Assembly (NCBI GenBank): GCA_035465295.1 | Contig: DATHRM010000192.1 | Coordinates: 164-64,163 of the forward strand | Direction of reading: 5' to 3' | From: Woeseiaceae bacterium | Lineage (GTDB): Bacteria > Pseudomonadota > Gammaproteobacteria > Steroidobacterales > Woeseiaceae | DNA length: 64,000 nucleotides | Shown: positions 39,871 to 48,785 of the stretch, piece after piece | Layout: each line of letters opens with the position of its first letter | Numbering within the stretch: position 1 is the stretch's first letter | Translations under genes and position numbers: made by a program | The notes under the pieces: generated by a model | Database searches by the model: none | Seen by the model: the letters and a program-made list of their open reading frames with translations, nothing else | Told to the model about the DNA's origin: nothing

Positions 39871-40536
39871 TCATTCGTGGATGGAATCCAGGCCTTCGCG
39901 CAGGCGGACTGCCCAGCGGCGCGCCCAGCGGCGCACCTCGGCCCAGGTCGTCGCCGTGTTGGCGCGGATCATCTGGTTGCCGACATTCTCGGCTGCGCGG
40001 CGTTCGACCGCGCGGTAGACGACCTCGTTGCTCAACGAGTCGCGAAGCTCGATGACGAGTGTCGCTTCGCCCACGGACCGCAACCAGACTTCGGACCTGC
40101 CCACATCTTCCGGCGGCACCTGCGAGACGATATCGTGCAGGCCGCCGACGATAATCAGCGCATCCGGACCGGGTTCGTCGGTGACCGTAAAGTGCTCGCT
40201 TTTTTGCAGCTCTTCCGTGAACACCTCGGTCACGGTATCGACCAGGCGCTGCTTGTTCGTGTCGCTGATCCAGAATTCTCTTTCGTTGCTCCGCCTGGCC
40301 GCCGAGGCCGACATTTTCTGGACGCTTCGAAACTCGAATTCGGCGCCACCGGGGATGATCTTGTCGTACTGCTTGAGATCGACGTCCGGATCGACCCACG
40401 CCGCTGCGAAGCGTGCATGATCGATTCGGACGAGGCCGTCGAACGTCGTCTCGGTGTTGGGTCCCGACTGGATGGACGGCTCTGTGGCGCAACCGGCGAC
40501 GACAAGTACTGCCGCTAATGCAACTACCCTCTTCAT
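39871..40536 (-). CDS. DUF3313-like lipoprotein
   Basis: MKRVVALAAVLVVAGC lipobox. GAGGG lies 8 nt upstream of the ATG at 40536. Confidence 0.7.
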   Translation of the reverse strand: MKRVVALAAVLVVAGCATEPSIQSGPNTETTFDGLVRIDHARFAAAWVDPDVDLKQYDKIIPGGAEFEFRSVQKMSASAARRSNEREFWISDTNKQRLVDTVTEVFTEELQKSEHFTVTDEPGPDALIIVGGLHDIVSQVPPEDVGRSEVWLRSVGEATLVIELRDSLSNEVVYRAVERRAAENVGNQMIRANTATTWAEVRRWARRWAVRLREGLDSIHE

Positions 40537-40780
40537 GGAAATACCCTCGTTCATTATCTGCCCGATGCCACGGACTCGATGTTCTTTATTCGACGGGATG
40601 CCATCGAATGATGGTAGCCCCACCAGGGCTTGTCAAACGTCCCGGGCACATAGCATCCGGCTGCCCGTAGCGGGGTCACGGTAGCACGGTCGCGGTTGTC
40701 AATTTGACAATAAGTTAGGGGGTGCACCGCACTCGTTGACAGCTTTCCGGATCGCGTGCGACGATGCATATTCGTTTGAC

Positions 40781-40854
40781 AAAGGCACACCTGGTGAAAG
40801 CCAGGGCCGCAAAGCTTCCGGTCTACGGGTAAACCCCAGGACAGCGGGGCCGCC
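40781..40854 (+). promoter_or_regulatory. Candidate c-di-GMP-I (GEMM-I-like) riboswitch aptamer
   Basis: AAAGGCACA-CCTGGT-GAAA-GCCAGG-GCCGCAAAGCTTCCGGTCT-ACGGG-TAAA-CCCC-AGGACAGCGGGGCCGCC. It forms two adjacent hairpins, the first with a GAAA tetraloop. The junction strings resemble my recollection of the Vc2 aptamer (GGGCAAACC...GAAA...GACGCAAAGCCUCCGG...GGUAGCGGGGUUACC). No covariance-model search was run. Confidence 0.55.
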
Positions 40855-40956
40855 AATACGAGATCCGTTTCGCTTTCGCGATTCTCGCCGCCTGGTGATC
40901 CCACGATCCGCGCTGCCGTGTCTTTGGCATTCGACACTGTTTTGCCGGAGACGACT

Positions 40957-42315
40957 ATGACTGCAGTGAGACTTCGCAACACGGGACGCTTCTTGCGTCC
41001 CGTCAATGGCGGCAGCACCGAATACACGATCAACAGCCTGCGGGAACTGATGCGGCTGCTCGATCCCGCCGCGCGAACGGCCACGCCGATCCGGCCGGCG
41101 GGCGCGGGCAGCGCCTGCACTGGCTGCAACACGACGCCTGCAGGCACGATCATCAGCGTCGGCGCGCTCGACAACATCCTCAATATCGATACGTTCAACA
41201 ACACGGTCACCGCCCAGGCCGGCGTCCGCGTCTATCGACTCGTCGAGGCGCTCGCCGAGCACGGGCTCGAACTCGTCGGAGCGCAGGAACTCGCCGGCCG
41301 TACACTGGGAGGCGCTATCGCCGCGCCGAGCATGGGCCCCGGCATCGGCAAACGCTCTGCGTGCCTCGCCAGCCGGGTATTGAGCGCGAAACTCGTTTCG
41401 CCCGCAGGCAAACTGATGAAGGTGAACGCCGGGCAGAAAAACCTGCTGGGCGCGGTTCGCTCGAGCTACGGGATGCTCGGCGTCATCGTCGAGGCGACGC
41501 TCAGGGTGCAGCCGATATCCAATTTCACGGTCAGCCATCGCAAGTTGACGATCGACGACTTCTCCGCCGTGGTCGACACGCTGTCGAATAGCGATGTCGG
41601 CTTCAAGTTCTACCTGCTTCCCTACCGCGATCGTGTCTATCTCGACTTGCGACGTTATTCCGAGTCGGCCGGGCATACTTACAAGACGCCGTGGAAGATC
41701 AAGGACTGGGGCGAAAGCACGGTATTGCCCAACCTGTTCAAATCATTCAACCGCCTGCTGCCATTGCATTCCGTTCGCTACCAGGTCATCGACACGGTGA
41801 GCGAGGCGACGCAGGGAATCGTCAACGGGCGTTTCGTCACGACGGGCAATAACATACTCGCCGGTTCGGCCGGCCGTAACTTCAGCCGTGCGCGGAGGCT
41901 CCTGTACACGACCTGGTGCTTTCCGGCGGCCGATTTTTCGGTGGTTGCGCGTGCGTACCGGCAGTTCTGCAGACAAAGTTACGCAGAATCGCGATATCGC
42001 TGCGACATGCCGGCCGTCGGCTATTACGTCCACCAGGACCGCTCCGCCCTGCTGTCGCCCTCGTTCGACGAACCGATGATTGCGTTGCAGACCTCGTCGA
42101 CCCAGGCCAACGGCTGGGAAGATTTCGTGATCGACCTTGCCGACTTTGCCGAGCACTGGGCCGGGGTACCGCTTTATAGCCAGACGCGCTCGCTGCGCGC
42201 CGACTACGCCCGCCAGGTCTACGGCGCGCGCCTGGAGTTCTTCCGCCGGATGCGCCGCCAGCTGGACCCCGAGGACCGCTTCCTGACCCCGTTCATGGCG
42301 CAGTACTTCCAGTAA
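40957..42315 (+). CDS. FAD-linked oxidase (PCMH-type FAD-binding; gulono-/arabinono-lactone oxidase-like)
   Basis: ...IRPAGAGSACTG...NTVTAQAGVRVYRLVEALAEHGLEL...GRTLGGAIAAPSMG... and C-terminal ...LDPEDRFLTPF. GGAG lies 6 nt upstream of the ATG at 40957. Confidence 0.85.
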   Translation: MTAVRLRNTGRFLRPVNGGSTEYTINSLRELMRLLDPAARTATPIRPAGAGSACTGCNTTPAGTIISVGALDNILNIDTFNNTVTAQAGVRVYRLVEALAEHGLELVGAQELAGRTLGGAIAAPSMGPGIGKRSACLASRVLSAKLVSPAGKLMKVNAGQKNLLGAVRSSYGMLGVIVEATLRVQPISNFTVSHRKLTIDDFSAVVDTLSNSDVGFKFYLLPYRDRVYLDLRRYSESAGHTYKTPWKIKDWGESTVLPNLFKSFNRLLPLHSVRYQVIDTVSEATQGIVNGRFVTTGNNILAGSAGRNFSRARRLLYTTWCFPAADFSVVARAYRQFCRQSYAESRYRCDMPAVGYYVHQDRSALLSPSFDEPMIALQTSSTQANGWEDFVIDLADFAEHWAGVPLYSQTRSLRADYARQVYGARLEFFRRMRRQLDPEDRFLTPFMAQYFQ

Positions 42316-42452
42316 TCCTGCCGCCCGGTCGCGCGACCGCCCGGTGAATCGCGGCCGGGATTGCCGAATTTTCCGCCCGGTAATTTTTTAAATTACTGTT
42401 TTTACTTATTTTTGTTCGCGAGACAATTCGTTACATTTTCAGGCTGGACTTT

Positions 42453-42506
42453 ATATATCGAACTAATATAATACATCGCCCCGATATATGGGCGACACGG
42501 GTCGCC
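42453..42506 (+). promoter_or_regulatory. padR promoter/operator candidate
   Basis: Inverted repeat ATATATCG (42453-60) / CGATATAT (42482-89) brackets a perfect TATAAT (42467-72). A GGCGAC-acgg-GTCGCC hairpin lies at 42491-42506. Confidence 0.4.
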
Positions 42507-42519
42507 GGGTTGTAACGCA

Positions 42520-43068
42520 ATGGATGTGAAAACCGTCTGCCTGGGCATGCTGACCGATGGCGAAGCCTCGGGCTATGACCTGAAAAAGGAATTCCAGTCG
42601 TCGTTCGGCCATTTTTTCGCCGCCGGTTACGGTTCGATCTACCCCGCGCTCAACGCGCTCGCCCGCGACGGGCTGGTCGAGTGCAGGCACATTCCGCAGG
42701 AAGGCAAGCCGGACCGCAAGGTCTACAAGATCACCGAGCTCGGCCGCGAGCATCTGCTTGCGGCGCTCGACAACCCCTGTCCGTCTCACAAGGTTCGTTC
42801 CGAGTTCCTCGCCACGATGTGCTTTGCACACCTCATGTCGCGCGAACAGGTCGAAACCGTTCTCGACAATCGTGTCAAAGAGATGACGGACTACCTGCAG
42901 CTGTTTAAAGAAATCGAAACGTCCTGCATGGATGATTGGCCGCCGGGCGCACGCTTCGTGCTCGGCTTCGGCCAGACGATGATGAAAACCATGCGGCAAT
43001 ACATCGAAGACAACCGGGACGGGCTCTTCGACGATTCGAACAAAGGGCGCGAGACCGCGGTCGGCTGA
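42520..43068 (+). CDS. PadR-family transcriptional regulator (long form with C-terminal domain)
   Basis: ...GEASGYDLKKEF...GSIYPALNALARDGLV...KVYKITELGREHL PadR winged-helix pattern. Confidence 0.9.
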   Translation: MDVKTVCLGMLTDGEASGYDLKKEFQSSFGHFFAAGYGSIYPALNALARDGLVECRHIPQEGKPDRKVYKITELGREHLLAALDNPCPSHKVRSEFLATMCFAHLMSREQVETVLDNRVKEMTDYLQLFKEIETSCMDDWPPGARFVLGFGQTMMKTMRQYIEDNRDGLFDDSNKGRETAVG

Positions 43069-43110
43069 TACTGCCGCGGGCCTCGTGCGGAGACAGAAAA
43101 GGTCAAGAAA

Positions 43111-44241
43111 ATGGATTTGGGCAACGTGAAGAAATTTCGGTCCTGGTTTATTTCGGCCGGCATCGCCGTGCTGGTGACGGCGTGGCTCGTCTCGGGACAA
43201 TTCGTTGAAGAAGCGCCGGAAGAGACGACTGACAGCGTTATAACCGATACGGCTCCGGCACAGCAGTCGAGTGTCCGGGTGCGTACCCAGTCCGCCGAAG
43301 AAATCATGCGTACGGTCGTCGTCAATGGCGAGACCGCGCCTGCCCGTATCGTGGATCTTGCCGCTGAAACCGACGGCCGCGTCGAGTACGTCGGCGCCAG
43401 TCGCGGTTCGAATGTCGATCGCAATGCCGTCATTGTCCGGCTGGACGAGCGCGACCGCAAAGCCAGGCTCGCGCAGACTGAAGCGACCCTGCGACAACGC
43501 GAAGTCGAGTACCAGGGACGCCTGAAGCTCAAAGGCGAAAGCTACGTCTCGGAAGCGCAGCTGCAGGAAGCTATCGCGCAGCTCGAAGCCGCAAAAACAG
43601 AACTCAAGCGGGCGCAGCTCGATCTCGAATACATGTCGATTCGCGCGCCTTTCGACGGAGCGCTGCAGGAACGTCACGTCGAGGTCGGCGACTTCGTCAA
43701 GAGCGGAGACCCGATCGCACGATTCGTGGACAACCGCAGGATCATCGTCACCGCAAACGTTTCCGAGTTCGACGCGGGTTACGTGCAAACCGGGCAGAAG
43801 GCACAGGCGGAGCTTGCCACCGGCGAAACGGTGCATGGCACCATCCGCTACGTCGCCCCGGTCGCGAACGAGGCGACGCGCACGTTTACGGTGGAGCTGG
43901 AGGTCGACAATGGCGCCGGCAGGCTGCGTGCCGGCGGCACCGCCGAACTGCAGATTCCTGCCGAGCGTGTACTCGCGCATCGCATTTCGCCGTCACTGCT
44001 CACGCTCGACGACGCCGGCAACATCGGCGTGAAGATCATTAACGACGATGGAGAGGTCGAATTCGTCGTTGCCGACGTGGCGCTGTCGACGAATGACGGC
44101 GTCTGGGTCGCCGGCCTGCCGGATCTCGCCACGATCATCACGGTAGGCCAGGGCTTCGTCGTGCCCGGGACGATGGTGAATGCCGTTCCGGAGGGCGATA
44201 TCGAGACCGCGGTCGCCATCAAGTCGGACGACGAGGACTAG
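43111..44241 (+). CDS. RND efflux periplasmic adaptor (MFP), TM-anchored
   Basis: N-terminal TM helix, a lipoyl/hairpin/beta-barrel pattern, and ...IRAPFDGALQERHVEVGDFV... Confidence 0.9.
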   Translation: MDLGNVKKFRSWFISAGIAVLVTAWLVSGQFVEEAPEETTDSVITDTAPAQQSSVRVRTQSAEEIMRTVVVNGETAPARIVDLAAETDGRVEYVGASRGSNVDRNAVIVRLDERDRKARLAQTEATLRQREVEYQGRLKLKGESYVSEAQLQEAIAQLEAAKTELKRAQLDLEYMSIRAPFDGALQERHVEVGDFVKSGDPIARFVDNRRIIVTANVSEFDAGYVQTGQKAQAELATGETVHGTIRYVAPVANEATRTFTVELEVDNGAGRLRAGGTAELQIPAERVLAHRISPSLLTLDDAGNIGVKIINDDGEVEFVVADVALSTNDGVWVAGLPDLATIITVGQGFVVPGTMVNAVPEGDIETAVAIKSDDED

Positions 44242-44244
44242 CGA

Positions 44245-47200
44245 ATGCAGATCATCGAGTCGGCAATGTCGCGGTCGCGAACCGTGTTGCTGTCGCTTGC
44301 GGTCGTGCTGTTCGCCGGCGTTACCGCCTACCTGACGATTCCGAAGGAGGCTGAGCCGGACATCGAGATACCGATGATCTACGTCCACATCACGCACGAC
44401 GGCATATCCCCGGAAGACGGAGAGCGCCTCCTGGTCCGTCCCATGGAGCAGGAGCTGCGCACGATCGAGGGCATCAAGGAGATGACGGCGAACGCCTACG
44501 AGGGCGGCGCCAACGTCCTCATCGAGTTCGACGCCGGCATCGACACCGACAAGGCGCTGGCGGACGTGCGCGAAAAGGTCGACATGGCGAAGGCCAAGCT
44601 ACCGAGCGAAACCGACGAGCCGACCGTCAACGAAGTCAAGATGTCGCGTTTCGACCCGATGCTGGTACTGAACCTGGCGGGCAACGTTCCCGAGCGGACA
44701 CTCATAACGATTGCGAAGGACCTCAAGGAGGAAATCGAGGGTCTCGCCGGCGTGCTCGAGGTGAACCTCGTGGGCGTTCGCGAAGAGCTTATGGAGGTCA
44801 TCGTCGATCCATTGGCCATGGAAAGCTACGGCCTGGACCAGGCGCAGATCATCAACTTCGTCTCGCGGAACAACCGGCTCGTCGCGGCCGGCGCACTGCA
44901 GTCGGACGAAGGACGATTTCCGGTCAAGGTGCCCGGCGTGTTCGAAAGTCCGGCGGACGTGCTCAACCTGCCCATCAAGGCCGTCGGCGAACGCGTCGTT
45001 CACTTCCGCGATATCGCCGAAGTGCGCCGGACCTACAAGGACGCCGAAAGCTATGCGCGCCTGAACGGCAAGCCGGCACTGGCGATCGAAGTCGTGCAGC
45101 GCGCGCGCGCCAACGTCATCGAAACGATAGACGAAATCAAGGCGCTGGTTGCCGAAGAACAGGCGTACTGGCCGGCCGAGATCGAGGTCATCGCTTCACG
45201 CGACAAATCGAAAGACGTGAACGACATGCTGACGGAACTGCAGAACAGCGTGCTCGCGGCCGTGCTGCTGGTATTCATCGTCATTATCGGCATCCTCGGC
45301 ATCCGCACCGCGCTGCTCGTCGGTGTCGCGATTCCCGGTTCTTTCCTGATGGGCATACTGCTCATCGGTTCCTTCGGCGTAACCATCAACATGATGGTGC
45401 TGTTCGCATTGATCATGGCCGTCGGCATGCTCGTCGACGGCGCAATCGTCGTAACCGAAATGGCGGACCGGCGCATGGCCGAAGGCGATAGCCGTTTCGA
45501 TGCGTACTCGCGAGCCGCCATCCGCATGTCGTGGCCCATCATTGCCTCGACCTGCACCACGCTTGCGGCTTTCGTGCCGCTGGCGCTCTGGCCCGGCACG
45601 TCCGGCGAATTCATGAAGTACCTGCCGATCACACTGATAGCCGTGCTCTCCGCATCGCTGATCATGGCGTTGATTTTCGTGCCGACCCTCGGTTCGATGT
45701 TCGGCAGGACCGGCGCCACGACGGCGGAGATGAAACGCAATCTCGCCGCGGCAGAGACGGGCGACCTGAACCACGTGACCGGTTTTACGGGAAGCTATGT
45801 CAGGCTGCTCAGGCACTCCCTGAAGAAGCCCTGGCGTAACGTGGCGGCCGTTACGGGCCTGCTGCTCGCCGTTTATGCCGCCTTTTTCGCGTTCGGCCGC
45901 GGCGTCGAGTACTTTCCGGAAGTCGAAATGCCTTTCGGAATGGTCGATATCCGTGCGCGCGGCGATCTGTCGATCGACGAAATGGACGAGCTGGTGCGCC
46001 AGGTCGAGAATCGCGTCCTCGGCATGCCCGAGATCGAGAACCTCTACGTCAAAGTCGGGCCGGGCGGCGATGATGCCGCGTCCGATCATATTGGCTCGCT
46101 CACGCTGAACTACGTCGACTGGGACGAGCGGCGCAAATCTGACGAGATCCTGGCAGAGATCCGCGACAGGACCGCCGACCTCGTGGGCATCACCATCGAA
46201 ACCCGCAAACCCGACCCGGGTCCGCCCATCGGCAAGCCCATCCATATCGAGGTCGCATCACGGTTCCCGGCACTGCTGGACGAGGCGGTCGCCGATATCC
46301 GCGCGATCATGGAAAAACACCCGGCGGTCACCAATATCGAGGACAGCCGTCCCCTGCCCGGCATCGAATGGCAGATCGACGTCGACCGCGCCGAGGCGGC
46401 GCGCTTCGGCGCCGACATCTCGCTCGTAGGCTCGATGGTTCAGCTGGTGACGAATGGCATAAAAATCGGCGAGTACCGCCCCGACGACAGTGACGACGAA
46501 ATCGACATTCGCGTCCGCTATCCCGAGCAGTATCGCAGCCTTTCCCAGATAGACCAGCTGCGCATCCCGACCGACGAGGGGCAGGTGCCGATCAGCACGT
46601 TCGTGGAACGCAAGCCGGCCCAGAAAGTGAGCACCATCACCAGGATCGACATGCAGCGAACGATCAGCATCGATGCCGACGTTCACAACGACTATCTCGT
46701 GTCCGACGTGGTGGCAGAACTGCGCGAGCTGATGCCGACGCTTGCACTCGACCCGCGCATAAGCGCGGCGTTTCGCGGCGGCACCGAGGACCAGGAAGAA
46801 GACATGGCGTTCCTGGAAAGAGCGATGTTGATGGCTCTCGCGATCATGGCGATCATTCTCGTGACCCAGTTCAACAGTATCTACCAGGCGGGACTGATAC
46901 TCACTGCCGTGCTCTTTTCGACGGGGGGCGTACTGCTCGGTCATCTCGTAATGGACAAGCCGTTCGGCGTCATCATGTCCAGCGTCGGCGTCATCACGCT
47001 CGCCGGCATCGTGGTAAACAACAACATTGTGTTCATCGACACCTATAACGTGCTCCGCGGCCGCGGTCTCGATGCCTATGACGCCGTGCTGCGCACGTGC
47101 GCGATTCGCCTCCGGCCGGTGTTGCTGACCACGGTCACGACGATCATAGGATTGATGCCCATGGTGCTCGGCGTAAACATCAACCTGATCGGCCGCGATA

Positions 47201-47397
47201 TCTCGGTGGGCGCGCCGAGTTCGCAGTGGTGGACCCAGCTCGCGTCGTCGGTCGCTGGCGGCCTGGCATTCGCGACGATTCTCACGCTGGTCCTGACGCC
47301 CAGCCTGCTCATGATCCAGGCAAACATCTCGAAGCGCCTCGCAGCACGGCGCGAGCGCCGCGGCGAACGTTCGTCCGCGACCGCGGCGACCCCGTAG
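44245..47397 (+). CDS. RND efflux permease (AcrB/HAE-type), pump 1
   Basis: 1050 aa with 12-TM architecture and two large periplasmic loops. Confidence 0.95.
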   Translation: MQIIESAMSRSRTVLLSLAVVLFAGVTAYLTIPKEAEPDIEIPMIYVHITHDGISPEDGERLLVRPMEQELRTIEGIKEMTANAYEGGANVLIEFDAGIDTDKALADVREKVDMAKAKLPSETDEPTVNEVKMSRFDPMLVLNLAGNVPERTLITIAKDLKEEIEGLAGVLEVNLVGVREELMEVIVDPLAMESYGLDQAQIINFVSRNNRLVAAGALQSDEGRFPVKVPGVFESPADVLNLPIKAVGERVVHFRDIAEVRRTYKDAESYARLNGKPALAIEVVQRARANVIETIDEIKALVAEEQAYWPAEIEVIASRDKSKDVNDMLTELQNSVLAAVLLVFIVIIGILGIRTALLVGVAIPGSFLMGILLIGSFGVTINMMVLFALIMAVGMLVDGAIVVTEMADRRMAEGDSRFDAYSRAAIRMSWPIIASTCTTLAAFVPLALWPGTSGEFMKYLPITLIAVLSASLIMALIFVPTLGSMFGRTGATTAEMKRNLAAAETGDLNHVTGFTGSYVRLLRHSLKKPWRNVAAVTGLLLAVYAAFFAFGRGVEYFPEVEMPFGMVDIRARGDLSIDEMDELVRQVENRVLGMPEIENLYVKVGPGGDDAASDHIGSLTLNYVDWDERRKSDEILAEIRDRTADLVGITIETRKPDPGPPIGKPIHIEVASRFPALLDEAVADIRAIMEKHPAVTNIEDSRPLPGIEWQIDVDRAEAARFGADISLVGSMVQLVTNGIKIGEYRPDDSDDEIDIRVRYPEQYRSLSQIDQLRIPTDEGQVPISTFVERKPAQKVSTITRIDMQRTISIDADVHNDYLVSDVVAELRELMPTLALDPRISAAFRGGTEDQEEDMAFLERAMLMALAIMAIILVTQFNSIYQAGLILTAVLFSTGGVLLGHLVMDKPFGVIMSSVGVITLAGIVVNNNIVFIDTYNVLRGRGLDAYDAVLRTCAIRLRPVLLTTVTTIIGLMPMVLGVNINLIGRDISVGAPSSQWWTQLASSVAGGLAFATILTLVLTPSLLMIQANISKRLAARRERRGERSSATAATP

Positions 47398-47616
47398 CGC
47401 GCCGCTCGCGCCTGCATCCAAAGCCCCGTTTCCGGCATCTAACAGACAGACGCCGCTACTGAGCGCTGGCGCCGCTACCGCCGAACTCCGGCACGCTGCG
47501 ACGGTCTCAAGTTGCGTCGGACTGACGATCGAGGCGCGGCCCGGAATTGGAGAGTTTGACGGTAATAGCCTGTTTCTAAAGGATATTTAGCCGAGAAAGC
47601 GCGCCTTCGAAGGGTC

Positions 47617-47657
47617 TTGCGTTATACTAATATAGTGTTATACTTCACTATAACACT
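47617..47657 (+). promoter_or_regulatory. Promoter/operator candidate for the second efflux operon
   Basis: TTGCGT (47617-22), direct repeat GTTATACT x2 (47621-28, 47637-44; the second supplies a TATACT -10), and perfect inverted repeat AGTGTTATA-cttcac-TATAACACT (47634-42 / 47649-57). Confidence 0.45.
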
Positions 47658-47670
47658 GACACTGAAATCG

Positions 47671-48762
47671 ATGACAACGATAATGAACTTCAGACACGTC
47701 ACAATCGCCACGCTGATGGTCTCACTCACGGCCGCACTGGCGTCCGGCTGCGGAGTGGGCGAAGCCAGCGTCGCCCCGGATGCCGAGATCCAGGCGGCAA
47801 CGCCGATCCCGGTGGAAACCGCCCTGCCGTCGCGAACCGATATTCTCGCGACCTATGAAGCAACGACCACGATTGCCTCCGATACCGATGCGCCCGTCGT
47901 GGCGAAAGTCGGCGGCGAAGTGGTCCGCCTGCTGGTGGAGGAAGGCGACCGTGTGACGAGCGGCCAGGTGCTGGCCGAACTCGACGGCGAACGGCTGCGC
48001 CTCGAGATGCTGTCGGCGAAAGCGAATCTCGACCAGGTGCGCAGCGAATACGCACGCTACACCGACCTGGCAGCCCGCGGCCTGGTCAGCGAGGCGATGT
48101 TCGAAGGCCTGAAATACGACCTCGAAGCCCTCGAGGCGACCTACGAACTTGCACGTCTCAACTTCGAGTATTCGAAAATCCGCGCTCCCATCGACGGTGT
48201 CGTTTCGTCGCGGGACATCAAACTGGGTCAAAGTGTGAATGCGTCCGACGTGACGTTCCGCATTACGGATACGAGCGAGCTGCTCGCCTATTTGCAGATA
48301 CCGCAGGCGGAGCTCGCCAAGTTTTCGGCCGGACAGGCTGCAACCCTGACCGTCGACGCTAATCCGAACGCGACGTACACCGCTACGATCGCGCGCATCA
48401 GCCCGACCATCGACGTGCGCAACGGGACGTTCCGCGCCACCGCATTCATCGACAACGGATCCGGCGAGCTCGCCCCCGGCATGTTTGCCCGTTTTTCAGT
48501 CGCGTACGAGCGGCACGCCGACGCACTCGTGATCCCGCGCGCAGCGCTCGTCGAGGAAGACGATCAGACCTCCGTCTACGTTGTGGCAGATGGCGAAGTG
48601 AACCGGCGGACGATCCAGGTTGGAATCGAGTCGGGCAATGTCGTCGAGGTGCTCGGCGGACTGAACGGCGACGAAGAGGTCGTCGTTACGGGACAGTCGA
48701 GCCTTCGCGACGGCAGCAAGGTACTTGCCAGCAACAACCCTCGCCCCAGCTACGCAGGCTGA
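47671..48762 (+). CDS. RND efflux periplasmic adaptor (MFP), lipoprotein, adaptor 2a
   Basis: Lipobox LASGCG. VAKVGGEVVRLLVEEGDRVTSGQVLAELD...IRAPIDGVVSSR. I chose the ATG at 47671. Confidence 0.88.
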   Translation: MTTIMNFRHVTIATLMVSLTAALASGCGVGEASVAPDAEIQAATPIPVETALPSRTDILATYEATTTIASDTDAPVVAKVGGEVVRLLVEEGDRVTSGQVLAELDGERLRLEMLSAKANLDQVRSEYARYTDLAARGLVSEAMFEGLKYDLEALEATYELARLNFEYSKIRAPIDGVVSSRDIKLGQSVNASDVTFRITDTSELLAYLQIPQAELAKFSAGQAATLTVDANPNATYTATIARISPTIDVRNGTFRATAFIDNGSGELAPGMFARFSVAYERHADALVIPRAALVEEDDQTSVYVVADGEVNRRTIQVGIESGNVVEVLGGLNGDEEVVVTGQSSLRDGSKVLASNNPRPSYAG

Positions 48763-48785
48763 CGCGAGCAGCTCGAGACACACCC

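Noticed and set aside
42463-43980. 505-aa minus-strand ORF
   Set aside because: It is antisense to padR and the first adaptor gene, both of which have clear family motifs. It is a shadow ORF.
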